Of a stretch of 64,000 nucleotides of DNA, positions 12,305-24,500 are shown in pieces. The DNA comes from Eledone cirrhosa. Its lineage: Eukaryota. The notes below the pieces were generated by a model that searched no databases, was not told the DNA's origin, and worked only from the letters and a program-made list of their open reading frames with translations. The translations under genes and the position numbers were made by a program. Where the stretch lies: the NCBI GenBank assembly GCA_964016885.1, contig OZ024740.1:17236001-17300000 (forward strand), in the 5' to 3' direction. Within the stretch, counting starts at the first letter, position 1; each line of letters opens with the position of its first letter.

Positions 12305-13168
12305 TACACACACACACGTGTGTGTGTATGTTACGTGTATATATATATGTTATGTGTGTATATTATATGTGTGTATATATAAATGTGTGTATATATATAT
12401 GTGTGTATATATGTATATATATGTGTATATATGTATATATATATATGTGTATATATGTATATATATATATGTGTATATATGTATATATATATATGTGTAT
12501 ATATGTATATATATATATGTGTGTATATATGTATATATATATGTGTGTATATATGTATATATATATATGTGTGTATATATGTATATATATATATATGTGT
12601 GTATATATGTATATATATATATATGTGTGTATATATGTATATATATATGTGTGTATATATGTATATATATATATATGTGTGTATATATGTATATATATAT
12701 ATGTGTGTATATATGTATATATATATATGTGTGTATATATGTATATATATATATGTGTGTATATATGTATATATATATATGTGTGTATATATGTATATGT
12801 ATATATGTATATATATATATGTGTGTATATATGTATATATATATATGTGTATATATGTATATATATGTGTGTATATATGTATATATATGTGTGTATATAT
12901 GTATATATATGTGTGTATATATGTATATATATGTGTGTGTATATATGTATATATATATGTGTGTATATATGTATATATATATGTGTGTATATATGTATAT
13001 ATATATGTGTATATATGTATATATATATATGTGTATATATATATATATGTGTATATATGTATATATATATATATATGTGTGTATATATGTATATATATAT
13101 ATATGTGTGTATATAATATATGTATATATATATATATGTGTGTGTGTGTTTGTATGTATATATATATC
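12305..13168. repeat. Long (TA)/(TG) compound microsatellite
   Basis: Direct reading. It explains the spurious YIC/VYM ORFs. Confidence 0.97.
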
Positions 13169-13399
13169 GTTGACTATTGTGTATATTGAAATCTAAATTG
13201 ATTGATTCTGCAGCAATGTCTTTTAGAAAGAATAGTTTTTTGTCTTTTGTCCTTCTCTGAATGTGTTGGCTATTATAATGAGAGAAGATCTGCTGTGATT
13301 GTGATTGGCGAGGAATTCTGTATGGTTTTGTTGGATGATGTTACAGTGTTGAACTGCTGGCTTTAAAATGACAGTGACTTTACAAAACAGACAGGATGT

Positions 13400-13790
13400 C
13401 TAATGGGGGCAGGTTGTGTCTTAAGATCCAGTGAAAGCACAGAGGCTAGGGTAAAGATGAACTGGATTAATGTTGAGAAGGGTTGCTAACATTTGTTGGC
13501 CATAAATAGGATTGCTTCCTCACTCTTTCTCTGCACAAAATGGTAATGAGTACAAGGTAGGTATATGTAAGAAGCCTGAAGCTTCTGCTATGTGATTGTG
13601 AAACCTGGTGAATTGGCTAATCTGTTTGATGTTCTGTGTTAATTTACATGAAAGACTGTGTAAAAGTGGGTTGAATGAAGAAAGCAGTTAGGAAACCAAA
13701 GAAAATTGGTTGATGTGTACAGGAGAGGAGGTGATAACATTGGTACAATGACTCATGGTGAGTAAAGATATATGTAATAGCAGACAGTTA
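13400..13790 (+). mobile_element. Heavily decayed RTE RT C-terminal fragment
   Basis: Remnant motifs in the expected order: gaaagcacagaggctagggtaaagatgaactgg (ES..AR....W), ctgctatgtgattgtgaaacctgg (LL..CETW) and gtacaggagaggagg (VQERR). Many stops and indels. Confidence 0.45.
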
Positions 13791-14349
13791 CATGAAGCAG
13801 GTCTAGATACATCTGTAAGACACTGGTCTCATGGATTGGTAGTCATCAATCTTAAGTATGGAAGACAATATTATCAAATATACTTTTATTATCAAATATT
13901 TCCATTCTTTCAATAGTGAGGGTGATGAATACCTTTGAAATAAAACATCACACTTGCAAATATAGTGTTGCATGACATCTCTTTGAAGCAGATTAATATT
14001 ACTGTGTGCTGAAGAGAAATGGTAAAAGTGGAAGCTGATTATATTTAAAGAATTGGCAGGGATTTTAGAACATTGGATAGAATTCTTTGTGCTCTGAGTT
14101 TGAATCCTAAGTTCAAATTTGTATTTCATTCTTTCAAAGTTGAGAAAAGAAAATACCAGTTCAGTACTGAGTTGATTCTTCCTCTACACATCTTTCTCAC
14201 TTCATCTCTTTCCTTCTTTCTCTGGAAGAAATTGGCTGTGATCAGACCTGGAGAGGGATAGGTTCCATCAAGTTTAAAAATGGCCAAGAATACTTTATTT
14301 ATTACTAAAATTCTACTAGGAGTTATGGGTCCATATATACACATTTCAA

Positions 14350-14572
14350 TAATGATTTCTGATTTAGGCACAAAGCCAGCAATTTAAAAGGAAGGGAAAG
14401 TCAATTAAATCATTTCCAGTGTATTACTGGTACTTTATTTTATCGACCCTGTAAGGATGAAAGGCAAAGCTAACCTCTGGGGGATTTGAACTCAGATCAT
14501 ATAAAGGCCGTAACTCTATGCAACAAAGCATGTTGTCCGGCACTCTACCCATACGGCCAATCCACCACCCTC
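14350..14572 (-). mobile_element. SINE, family B copy 3
   Basis: ctggtactttattttatcgaccctgtaaggatgaaaggcaaagctaacctc is the reverse complement of the family B core. B-box-like gatttgaactc is present. Confidence 0.8.
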
Positions 14573-16080
14573 ACCATACTTCAATAATGAACATATTTAA
14601 AGAATGGAAGTTGTTTTTGTGAGGTGAGGGAGTTATGTCTTCACCTTTTTATAATAAAAAATATTTACTATCTTGATTCTATCTCTGATATTCTTCCACA
14701 CTAAAATTTATGATGACCAATTCAAGGGCTGCGCCTTGCTTTAGATGAAGACTTTAGTGAGGATATATTTAAGTTGAAGCTGAAACCATTTGGTTCTCAT
14801 GGGTGAGTGAAATGCAGGGCAAGACAACTTTACTACAGACCCTTAAAAACTATTTAATTATATCTGGAAAAAAAAAAGAAGAAAATGGCTTTGGGGATGG
14901 AAAGCTGGTTACTGGTCTACTATCTCATTGCAGGCATTTTACTGTGTATTGTAGCAGTCCTTTTCAGAATTTTACTTGTTGTTGGGAATAGGTACCATGT
15001 CCTATGGGAATGTTATTTGCAAGAGACTGTGAAACTAGATCATGTGAGAATATTACCTGATATCTGTGGCTAGGACCTTATCCAGGGGGAAGATTTTTCT
15101 TTGATCTGCTTCAGGAATTTTATGAATCTGTTTGATGGTTAATTTGATTTTTAATGTTGTTTGTGATGTATGTATGTGAACCTATTTGCACTTTTGCGAT
15201 ATACTTGTTTGTGTTAGGCATCTTTCTAAAATGTTTCTGTGTGAAATTTCTTTCTAAATACAAATTTGATTATTCTCTTTTAAAACTAAATAATATTTTA
15301 ATTAAACAAAATAAATTATTAATAATAGAATTAAAATTAGTTTGACTGAAAATTGCTTAAAATTTTCTTAATTTTCGTGTTTTGTTAATTATAGTAAATA
15401 ATGGTAATGTTAGTTTGGGAAATATCTAAGCTTGGTATGTTGATTCCATCTGATATTAGATGAAATTTTCCTTCAGTTTTGGCAAACGTTCTAATCTTTA
15501 TGAAATTCTTTAAAATAAAAAAATAAAAATATGCATATTTCTATCATATTTTCTCTGTTCTTAAATGCTCCACTGACTTATTTTCTTGGCTTACTGAAAT
15601 TCTGGAAGTATATTGGCAGACATATCCATATAATTGTTCCTTTGATAGAAATTTTCTCAGACAGTTGCTTCTACTAACTGTTACTTTAGAGCAGCCATTG
15701 CTTTAGAAGATTTCAGAAGAATTGATTAATAACCAATTTTTGCAAATCACTTCCTCCCATGGTTTATTTTTAGAATGGTGAACTCATCTTAGCAAGAATG
15801 TCTTAAGAAAAGCCACTGAACACTTTAGTCAGACAGACTTTTCTGTCTGCCAACAATCGTTAGGCTTCATGCTGGGTAAGAATAGCCCTGTTAGAATCTC
15901 TTGTTTAGTTTCTAGGTACAGTCTTTAGTTGTTGATACAAAGGTGAATAACCCTACCCCCTGTCTTTATTATCTACATATAATACTTCAGTTTCCTAATC
16001 ACACACCCACCTACCAGCTATTTTGGCCTAAATCCATGTGGGAGCTTTTATATGGTCAGTCAACATGCTAGAAATTCCAA

Positions 16081-16215
16081 CTATTTCTCCCTCAAACACC
16101 CTACTATCTTTTAGAAATAGCAAGGATTTCCACCTCAAATACCCTACTATCTTTTAGAAATAGCAACTATTTCTCCCTCAAACACCCTACTATCTTTTAG
16201 AAATAACAAGGATTT
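16081..16215. repeat. Three tandem copies of a ~43-bp unit (ctatttctccctcaaacaccctactatcttttagaaatagcaa)
   Basis: Direct reading. Copies 1 and 3 are nearly identical and copy 2 differs. Confidence 0.85.
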
Positions 16216-16261
16216 CTAGCATATGCATAAGCCCTTAATGGTAGAGAAAGAAGTATAGAGG

Positions 16262-16362
16262 ATGAAATCAGCTCCAGTACTTGACTAGTATTTGTTTGTT
16301 CCAGGATAATGAAAGGCAAGTTAACCCTGGCAGAATTTGATCACGGAACATAAATGGATGTA
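16262..16362 (-). mobile_element. Decayed SINE family B remnant
   Basis: ccagtacttgactagtatt...gataatgaaaggcaagttaaccctggcagaatttga resembles the inverted family B core. Confidence 0.55.
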
Positions 16363-16384
16363 ACTTACTTTGAAGGCCTCTAAC

Positions 16385-17150
16385 TGACTGGAAGAAGTTA
16401 GCCTCAGACACTATATCTAGCTCAAAAGGCTTCACTGGTTGGAGGGAGTTAGCCTCAGACAGTATATCTAGCTCAAAAGGCTTCACTGGTTGGAGGGAGT
16501 TAGCCTCAGACAGTATATCTAGCTCAAAAGGCTTCACTGGTTGGAGGGAGTTAGCCTCAGACAGTATATCTAGCTCAAAAGGCTTCACTGGTTGGAGGGA
16601 GTTAGCCTCAGACACTATATCTAGCTCAAAAGGCTTCACTGGTTGGAGGGAGTTAGCCTCAGACAGTATATCTAGCTCAAAAGGCTTCACTGGTTGGAGG
16701 GAGTTAGCCTCAGACAGTATATCTAGCTCAAAAGGCTTCACTGGTTGGAGGGAGTTAGCCTCAGACAGTATATCTAGCTCAAAAGGCTTCACTGGTTGGA
16801 GGGAGTTAGCCTCAGACACTATATCTAGCTCAAAAGGCTTCATTGGTTGGAGGGAGTTAGCCTCAGACAGTATATCTAGCTCAAAAGGCTTCACTGGTTG
16901 GAGGGAGTTAGCCTCAGACAGTATATCTAGCTCAAAAGGCTTCACTGGTTGGAGGGAGTTAGCCTCAGACAGTATATCTAGCTCAAAAGGCTTCACTGGT
17001 TGGAGGGAGTTAGCTTCAGACACTATATCTAGCTCAAAAGGCTTCACTGGTTGGAGGGAGTTAGCCTCAGACAGTATATCTAGCTCAAAAGGCTTCACTG
17101 GTTGGAGGGAGTTAGCCTCAGACAGTATATCTAGCTCAAAAGACTTCACT
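16385..17150. repeat. 51-bp minisatellite, ~15 copies (GGCTTCACTGGTTGGAGGGAGTTAGCCTCAGACAGTATATCTAGCTCAAAA)
   Basis: Near-identical units read directly. Confidence 0.97.
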
Positions 17151-17298
17151 AAAGGTACTTAGACCTTGGTAGTGGGAAACTGACAGGTTAAGTCTACTAC
17201 TGAAATATGACAAGGTGTTCAACATATGACCAATTCTTCTATCCATCAGCTTGAATGATGATGACAGTAACAACAATAATAATAATTTCTAACATAGG

Positions 17299-17735
17299 CA
17301 TCATCATCACCGTTTTACGTCCGTTCTTCCACGCCAGCATGGGTTAGACAGGTTGTCCTGTTGTAGGCAGTGTCTGGTCGGCTGACCATGCCTTGCTCAT
17401 ACAGGAACTGATTTGGCTTGATTTCTACAGCTGGATGCCCTTCCTAACACCAACATCATTTACAGTGAGTGCTGGGTGCTTTTTTGCCGTGGCACCTCCA
17501 CGTCCACTTTACAGTGTGGGCTGGGTGCTTTTTAGCCGTGGCACCTCCACGACCACTTTGCAGTGGGAGGGTGTGGGGGCATATTGTCTATATGCTTCAG
17601 CTTGTACCCATGGGAGGTCGGGTACTCTGTATTACTGCGTGACGCCAGAGGTCACGGTCGTGTGTCATCGCCTTTGAGAGGTGTAATTGGGTATGGTCGG
17701 CTTTTATCACCTCATCCCAGGTCATCTTGGGTCTT
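17299..17735 (-). mobile_element. 3' end of an RTE-clade LINE (5'-truncated) with (GAT)n tail; copy 2
   Basis: Minus strand 17734-17597 translates RPKMTWDEVIKADHTQLHLSKAMTHDRDLWRHAVIQSTRPPMGTS*, the RTE C-terminal RP..TW/DR..WR pattern. A 3'UTR homologous to 6855-7150 and a GAT tail follow. Confidence 0.85.
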
Positions 17736-17870
17736 ATATAGTGACAATTTTTTGGGTGGTGTAGGGGGTATAGTCAATTAAATCAATCCTCAGTATTTGA
17801 TTGGTATATTATTTTATTAAAATGATGAAAATCAAGGTCAATTCTGATTACTTGTACTGAGGATGTAAGT
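17736..17870 (-). mobile_element. Decayed SINE family B copy interrupted by the RTE fragment (its tail end is at 17281-17300)
   Basis: aataatttctaacataggca (left of the RTE) plus gacaatttt...gtcaattaaatcaatcctcagtatttgattgg (right of it) parallels 14350-14430. Confidence 0.5.
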
Positions 17871-18112
17871 TAATGCCACTGGCTATTAAGTCTGATCTAC
17901 CTTTAATAAAATACGTAGGCAAGAAGGAGTCAGTAGCAATGATCTTTGCAGATCTCAGTCCTACCAGATTAGTGAGTGATGTTCAGCCTGGATACATCAG
18001 TTGAGGGGGAATTTCAGGGGAAAGAGTGTTTTAGGGAGAAATGATTGATTGAAGGGTTTGGTGTGTTGTATGGGGTGGAGGTATAGCAGAGGTGATTGGA
18101 AGAAGAATATAG

Positions 18113-21100
18113 TATAAGATGCACCTCAATTTGGGCAGGAATTAAGACAAAATGAAGTACTAGAAGTACTAGAACTTCACTAACTAGTAACCAAACAGAC
18201 CCTTGACCTTATAATTTAAGGACCACTACAGTACTAGAACTCCACTAACCAATAACCCAAACTGACCTTATAATTTAAGGTCCACTACAGTACTAGAACT
18301 CCACTAACCAGTAACCCAAACTGACCTTATAATTTAAGGACCACTACAGTACTAGAACTCCACTAACCAATAACCCAAACTGACCTTATAATTTAAGGAC
18401 CACTACAGTACTAGAACTCCACTAACCAGTAACCCAAACTGACCTTATAATTTAAGGACCACTACAGTACTAGAACTCCACTAACCAGTAACCCAAACTG
18501 ACCTTATACTTTAAGGACCACTACAGTACTAGAACTCCACTAACCAGTAACCCAAACTAACCTTATAATTTAAGGACCACTACAGTACTAGAACTCCACT
18601 AACCAGTAACCCAAACTGACCTTATAATTTAAGGACCACTACAGTACTAGAACTCCACTAACCAGTAACCCAAACTGACCTTATAATTTAAGGACCACTA
18701 CAGTACTAGAACTCCACTAACCAATAACCCAAACTGACCTTATAATTTAAGGACCACTACAGTACTAGAACTCCACTAACCAGTAACCCAAACTGACCTT
18801 ATAATTTAAGGACCACTACAGTACTAGAACTCCACTAACCAATAACCCAAACTGACCTTATATTTTAAGGACCACTACAGTACTAGAACTCCACTAACCA
18901 ATAACCCAAACTGACCTTATAATTTAAGGACCACTACAGTACTAGAACTCCACTAACCAGTAACCCAAACTGACCTTATAATTTAAGGACCACTACAGTA
19001 CTAGAACTCCACTAACCAGTAACCCAAACTGACCTTATAATTTAAGGACCACTACTGTACTAGAACTCCACTAACCAATAACCCAAACTGACCTTATAAT
19101 TTAAGGACCACTACAGTACTGGAACTCCACTAACCAATAACCCAAACTGACCTTATAATTTAAGGACCACTACAGTACTAGAACTCCACTAACCAATAAC
19201 CCAAACTGACCTTATAATTTAAGGACCACTACAGTACTAGAACTCCACTAACCAATAACCCAAACTGACCTTATAATTTAAGGACCACTACAGTACTAGA
19301 ACTCCACTAACCAATAACCCAAACTGACCTTATAATTTAAGGACCACTACAGTACTAGAACTCCACTAACCAGTAACGCAAACTGACCTTATAATTTAAG
19401 GACCACTACAGTACTAGAACTCCACTAACCAGTAACCCAAACTAACCTTATAATTTAAGGACCACTACAGTACTAGAACTCCACTAACCAGTAACCCAAA
19501 CTGACCTTATAATTTAAGGACCACTACAGTACTAGAACTCCACTAACCAGTAACCCAAACTGACCTTATAATTTAAGGACCACTACAGTACTAGAACTCG
19601 ACTAACCAATAACCCAAACTGACCTTATAATTTAAGGACCACTACAGTACTAGAACTTCACTAACCAGTAACCCAAACTGACCTTATAATTTAAGGACCA
19701 CTACAGTACTAGAACTCCACTAACCAGTAACCCAAACTGACCTTATAATTTAAGGACCACTACAGTACTAGAACTCCACTAACCAGTAACCCAAACTGAC
19801 CTTATAATTTAAGGACCACTACAGTACTAGAACTCCACTAACCAGTAACCCAAACTGACCTTATAATTTAAGGACCACTACAGTACTGGAACTCCACTAA
19901 CCAGTAACCCAAACTGACCTTATAATTTAAGGACCACTACAGTACTGGAACTCCACTAACCATTAACCCAAACTGACCTTATAATTTATGGACCACTACA
20001 GTACTAGAACTCCACTAACCAATAACCCAAACTAACCTTATAATTTAAGGACCACTACAGTACTAGAACTCCACTAACCAATAACCCAAACTAACCTTAT
20101 AATTTAAGGACCACTACAGTACTAGAACTCCACTAACCAGTAACCCAAACTGACCTTATAATTTAAGGACCACTACAGTACTGGAACTCCACTAACCAAT
20201 AACCCAAACTGACCTTATAATTTAAGGACCACTACAGTACTAGAACTCCACTAACCAATAACCCAAACTAACCTTATAATTTAAGGACCACTACAGTACT
20301 AGAACTCCACTAACGAGTAACCCAAACTGACCTTATAATTTAAGGACCATTACAGTACTAGAACTCCACTAACCAATAACCCAAACTAACCTTATAATTT
20401 AAGGACCATTACAGTACTAGAACTCCACTAACCAATAACCCAAACTAACCTTATAATTTAAGGACCACTACAATACTAGAACTCCACTAACCAATAACCC
20501 AAACTAACCTCATAATTTAAAGACTACTACAGTACTAGAACTCCACTAACCAGTAACCCAAACTGACCTTATAATTTAAGGACCATTACAGTACTAGAAC
20601 TCCACTAACCAATAACCCAAACTAACCTTATAATTTAAGGACCATTACAGTACTAGAACTCCACTAACCAATAACCCAAACTGACCTTATAATTTAAGGA
20701 CCTTTACAGTACTAGAACTCCACTAACCAATAACCCAAACTAACCTTATAATTTAAGGACCATTACAGTACTAGAACTCCACTAACCAATAACCCAAACT
20801 AACCTTATAATTTAAGGACCACTACAGTACTAGAACTCCACTAACCAATAACCCAAACTAACCTTATAATTTAAGGACCACTACAGTACTAGAACTCCAC
20901 TAACCAATAACCCAAACTAACCTTATAATTTAAGGACCATTACAGTACTAGAACTCCACTAACCAATAACCCAAACTAACCTTATAATTTAAGGACCACT
21001 ACAGTACTAGAACTCCACTAACCAGTAACCCAAACTAACCTTATAATTTAAGGACCACTACAGTACTGGAACTCCACTAACCAGTAACCCAAACTGACCT

Positions 21101-21476
21101 TATAATTTAAGGACCACTACAGTACTAGAACTCCACTAACCAGTAACCCAAACTAACCTTATAATTTAAGGACCACTACAGTACTGGAACTCCACTAACC
21201 AGTAACCCAAACTGACCTTATAATTTAAGGACCACTACAGTACTAGAACTCCACTAACCAGTAACCCAAACTAACCTTATAATTTAAGGACCACTACAGT
21301 ACTGGAACTCCACTAACCAGTAACCCAAACTGACCTTATAATTTAAGGACCACTACAGTACTGGAACTCCACTAACCAGTAACTCAAACTGACCCATGAC
21401 CTTATAAGACGCAGGGGGATTTTCTGGGACATTTTTTGGAAAAGAAAGTGTGTCTTATAAGCTGTCAAATATGGTA
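18113..21476. mobile_element. Putative TcMar-Tc2-like non-autonomous DNA transposon (MITE) whose interior is the 59-bp array
   Basis: Right end: CTTATAAGACGCA (21401-21413) and TGTGTCTTATAAG (21449-21461) form an inverted pair, then ...AAATATGG|TA. Left remnant TATAAGATGCACC (18113-18125). This matches the CCGTATTT..TAAGACGCAC / GTGCGTCTTA..AAATACGG end architecture of Tc2-type elements from recall. The left terminus itself is missing or decayed. Confidence 0.6.
18165..21407. repeat. 59-bp satellite, ~55 copies (GACCACTACAGTACTAGAACTCCACTAACCAGTAACCCAAACTGACCTTATAATTTAAG)
   Basis: Direct reading. Units are highly homogeneous with a few biallelic sites. Confidence 0.98.
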
Positions 21477-21509
21477 GCTCTGGATGGAGAAGTGCAGATA
21501 ATTTGAGAG

Positions 21510-24500
21510 GTGTAGGGTCCACTCTAATAGTGATAGATGGGTGTAGTGTAGGGTCCACTCTAATAGTGATAGATGTGTGTGGTGTAGGGTTCAATCTAAT
21601 AGTGATAGATGTGTGTGGTGTAGGGTCCACTCTAATAGTGACAGATGTATGTGGTGTAGTCCACTGTAATAGTGATAGATGTGCTCAGTCCTATGCGAGC
21701 AAGACAACCACTCTTGCCTCAAGTGGGAAAACCCCCGTCCAAACCCATGCAAGCGTGGAACACGGACGCTAAACCTGATGATGATGATGATGATGATGAT
21801 GATGTGTGGTGTAGGGTCCACTGTAATAGTGATAGATGTGTGTGGTGTAGGGTCCACTGTAATAGTGATAGATGTATGTAGTGTAGGGTCCACTGTAATA
21901 GTGATAAATGTATGTGGTGTAGGGTCCACTGTAATAGTGATAGATGTGTGTAGTGTAGGGTCCACTGTAATAGTGATAGATGTGTGTAGTGTAGGGTCCA
22001 CTGTAATAGTGATAGATGTATGTAGTGTAGGGTCCACTGTAATAGTGATAAATGTATGTGGTGTAGGGTCCACTGTAATAGTGATAGATGTGTGTGGTGT
22101 AGGGTCCACTGTAATAGTGATAGATGTGTGTAGTGTAGGGTCCACTGTAATAGTGATAGATGTATGTAGTGTAGGGTCCACTGTAATAGTGATAGATGTG
22201 TGTGGTGTAGGGTCCACTGTAATAGTGATAGATGTATGTGGTGTAGGGTCCACTGTAATAGTGATAGATGTATGTGGTGTAGGGTCCACTGTAATAGTGA
22301 TAGATGTATGTAGTGTAGGGTCCACTGTAATAGTGATATATGAATGTAGTGTAGGGGCCACTGTAATGGTGATAGATGTGTGTGGTGTAGGGTCCACTGT
22401 AATAGTGATAAATGTATGTGGTGTAGGGTCCACTGTAATAGTGATATATGTATGTAGTGTAGGGTCCACTGTAATAGTGATAGATGTGTGTGGTGTAGGG
22501 TCCACTGTAATAGTGATAAATGTATGTGGTGTAGGGTCCACTGTAATAGTGATAGATGTATGTGGTGTAGGGTCCACTGTAATAGTGATAGATGTGTGTG
22601 GTGTAGGGTCCACTGTAATTGTGATAAATGTGTGTGGTGTAGGGTCCACTGTAAAAGTGATATATGTATGTAGTGTAGGGTCCACTGTAATAGTGATAAA
22701 TGTATGTGGTGTAGGGTCCACTGTAATAGTGATATATGTATGTAGTGTAGGGGCCACTGTTATAGTGATAGATGTGTGTGGTGTAGGGTCCACTGTAATA
22801 GTGATATATGAATGTAGTGTAGGGGCCACTGTAATAGTGATAGATGTATGTGGTGTAGGGTCCACTGTAATAGTGATAGATGTATGTGGTGTAGGGTCCA
22901 CTGTAATAGTGATAGATGTGTGTAGTGTAGGGTCCACTGTAATAGTGATAGATGTGTGTGGTGTAGGGTCCACTGTAATAGTGATAGATGTGTGTAGTGT
23001 AGGGTCCACTGTAATAGTGATAGATGTGTGTGGTGTAGGGTCCACTGTAATAGTGATAGATGTGTGTAGTGTAGGGTCCACTGTAATAGTTATAGATGTA
23101 TGTAGTGTAGGGTCCACTGTAATAGTGATAGATGTGTGTGGTGTAGGGTCCACTGTAATAGTGATAGATGTGTGTAGTGTAGGGTCCACTGTAATGGTGA
23201 TAGATGTGTGTGGTGTAGGGTCCACTGTAATAGTGATAGATGTATGTGGTGTAGGGTCCACTGTAATAGTGATAGATGTGTGTGGTGTAGGGTCCACTGT
23301 AATAGTGATAGATGTATGTGGTGTAGGGTCCACTGTAATAGTGATAGATGTATGTGGTGTAGGGTCCACTGTAATAGTGATAGATGTGTGTGGTGTAGGG
23401 TCCACTGTAATAGTGATAAATGTATGTAGTGTAGGGTCCACTGTAATAGTGATAGATGTGTGTGGTGTAGGGTCCACTGTAATAGTGATAGATGTATGTG
23501 GTGTAGGGTCCACTGTAATAGTGATAGATGTGTGTGGTGTAGGGTCCACTATAATAGTGATAGATGTATGTGGTGTAGGGTCCACTGTAATAGTGATAGA
23601 TGTATGTGGTGTAGGGTCCACTGTAATAGTGATAGATGTGTGTGGTGTAGGGTCCACTGTAATAGTGATAGATGTATGTGGTGTAGGGTCCACTGTAATA
23701 GTGATAGATGTGTGTGGTGTAGGGTCCACTGTAATAGTGATAGATGTATGTGGTGTAGGGTCCACTGTAATAGTGATAGATGTGTGTGGTGTAGGGTCCA
23801 CTGTAATAGTGATAAATGTATGTAGTGTAGGGTCCACTGTAATAGTGATAGATGTGTGTGGTGTAGGGTCCACTGTAATAATGATAGATGTGTGTGGTGT
23901 AGGGTCCACTGTAATAGTGATAGATGTGTGTGGTGTAGGGTCCACTGTAATGGTGATAGATGTATGTGGTGTAGGGTCCACTGTAATGGTGATAAATGTA
24001 TGTAGTGTAGGGTCCACTGTAATAGTGATAAATGTATGTAGTGTAGGGTCCACTGTAATGGTGATAGATGTGTGTGGTGTAGGGTCCACTGTAATAGTGA
24101 TAGATGTGGTGTGGGGTCCACTGTAATAGTGATAGATGTGTGTGGTGTAGGGTCCACTGTAATAGTGATAGATGTGGTGTAGGGTCCACTGTAATAGTGA
24201 TAGATGTATGTGGTGTAGGGTCCACTGTAATAGTGATAGATGTGTGTAGTGTAGGGTCCACTGTAATAGTGATAGATGTATGTGGTGTAGGGTCCACTGT
24301 AATGGTGATAGATGTATGTGGTGTAGGGTCCACTGTAATGGTGATAGATGTATGTGGTGTAGGGTCCACTGTAATAGTGATAGATGTGTGTAGTGTAGGG
24401 TCCACTGTAATAGTGATAGATGTGTGGTGTAGGGTCCACTGTAATAGTGATAGGTGTGTGTGGTGTAGGGTCCACTGTAATAGTGATAGATGTGTGTGGT

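Noticed and set aside
10343-13196. Cys/Val/Tyr/Ile-rich ORFs, including the 341-aa extension of the chromodomain ORF
   Set aside because: These are translations of TA/TG microsatellites. The real coding part ends at the GT donor at 12259.
15774-15875. Candidate exon (ttttAG...GTAAG) containing an 8-bp hairpin CAGACAGA/TCTGTCTG
   Set aside because: Stops occur in all three frames, and a short hairpin like this is expected by chance.
16268-17149. 293-aa ORF of 17-aa repeats
   Set aside because: It coincides with the minisatellite, has a non-ATG start, and its C-terminus runs into a SINE remnant.
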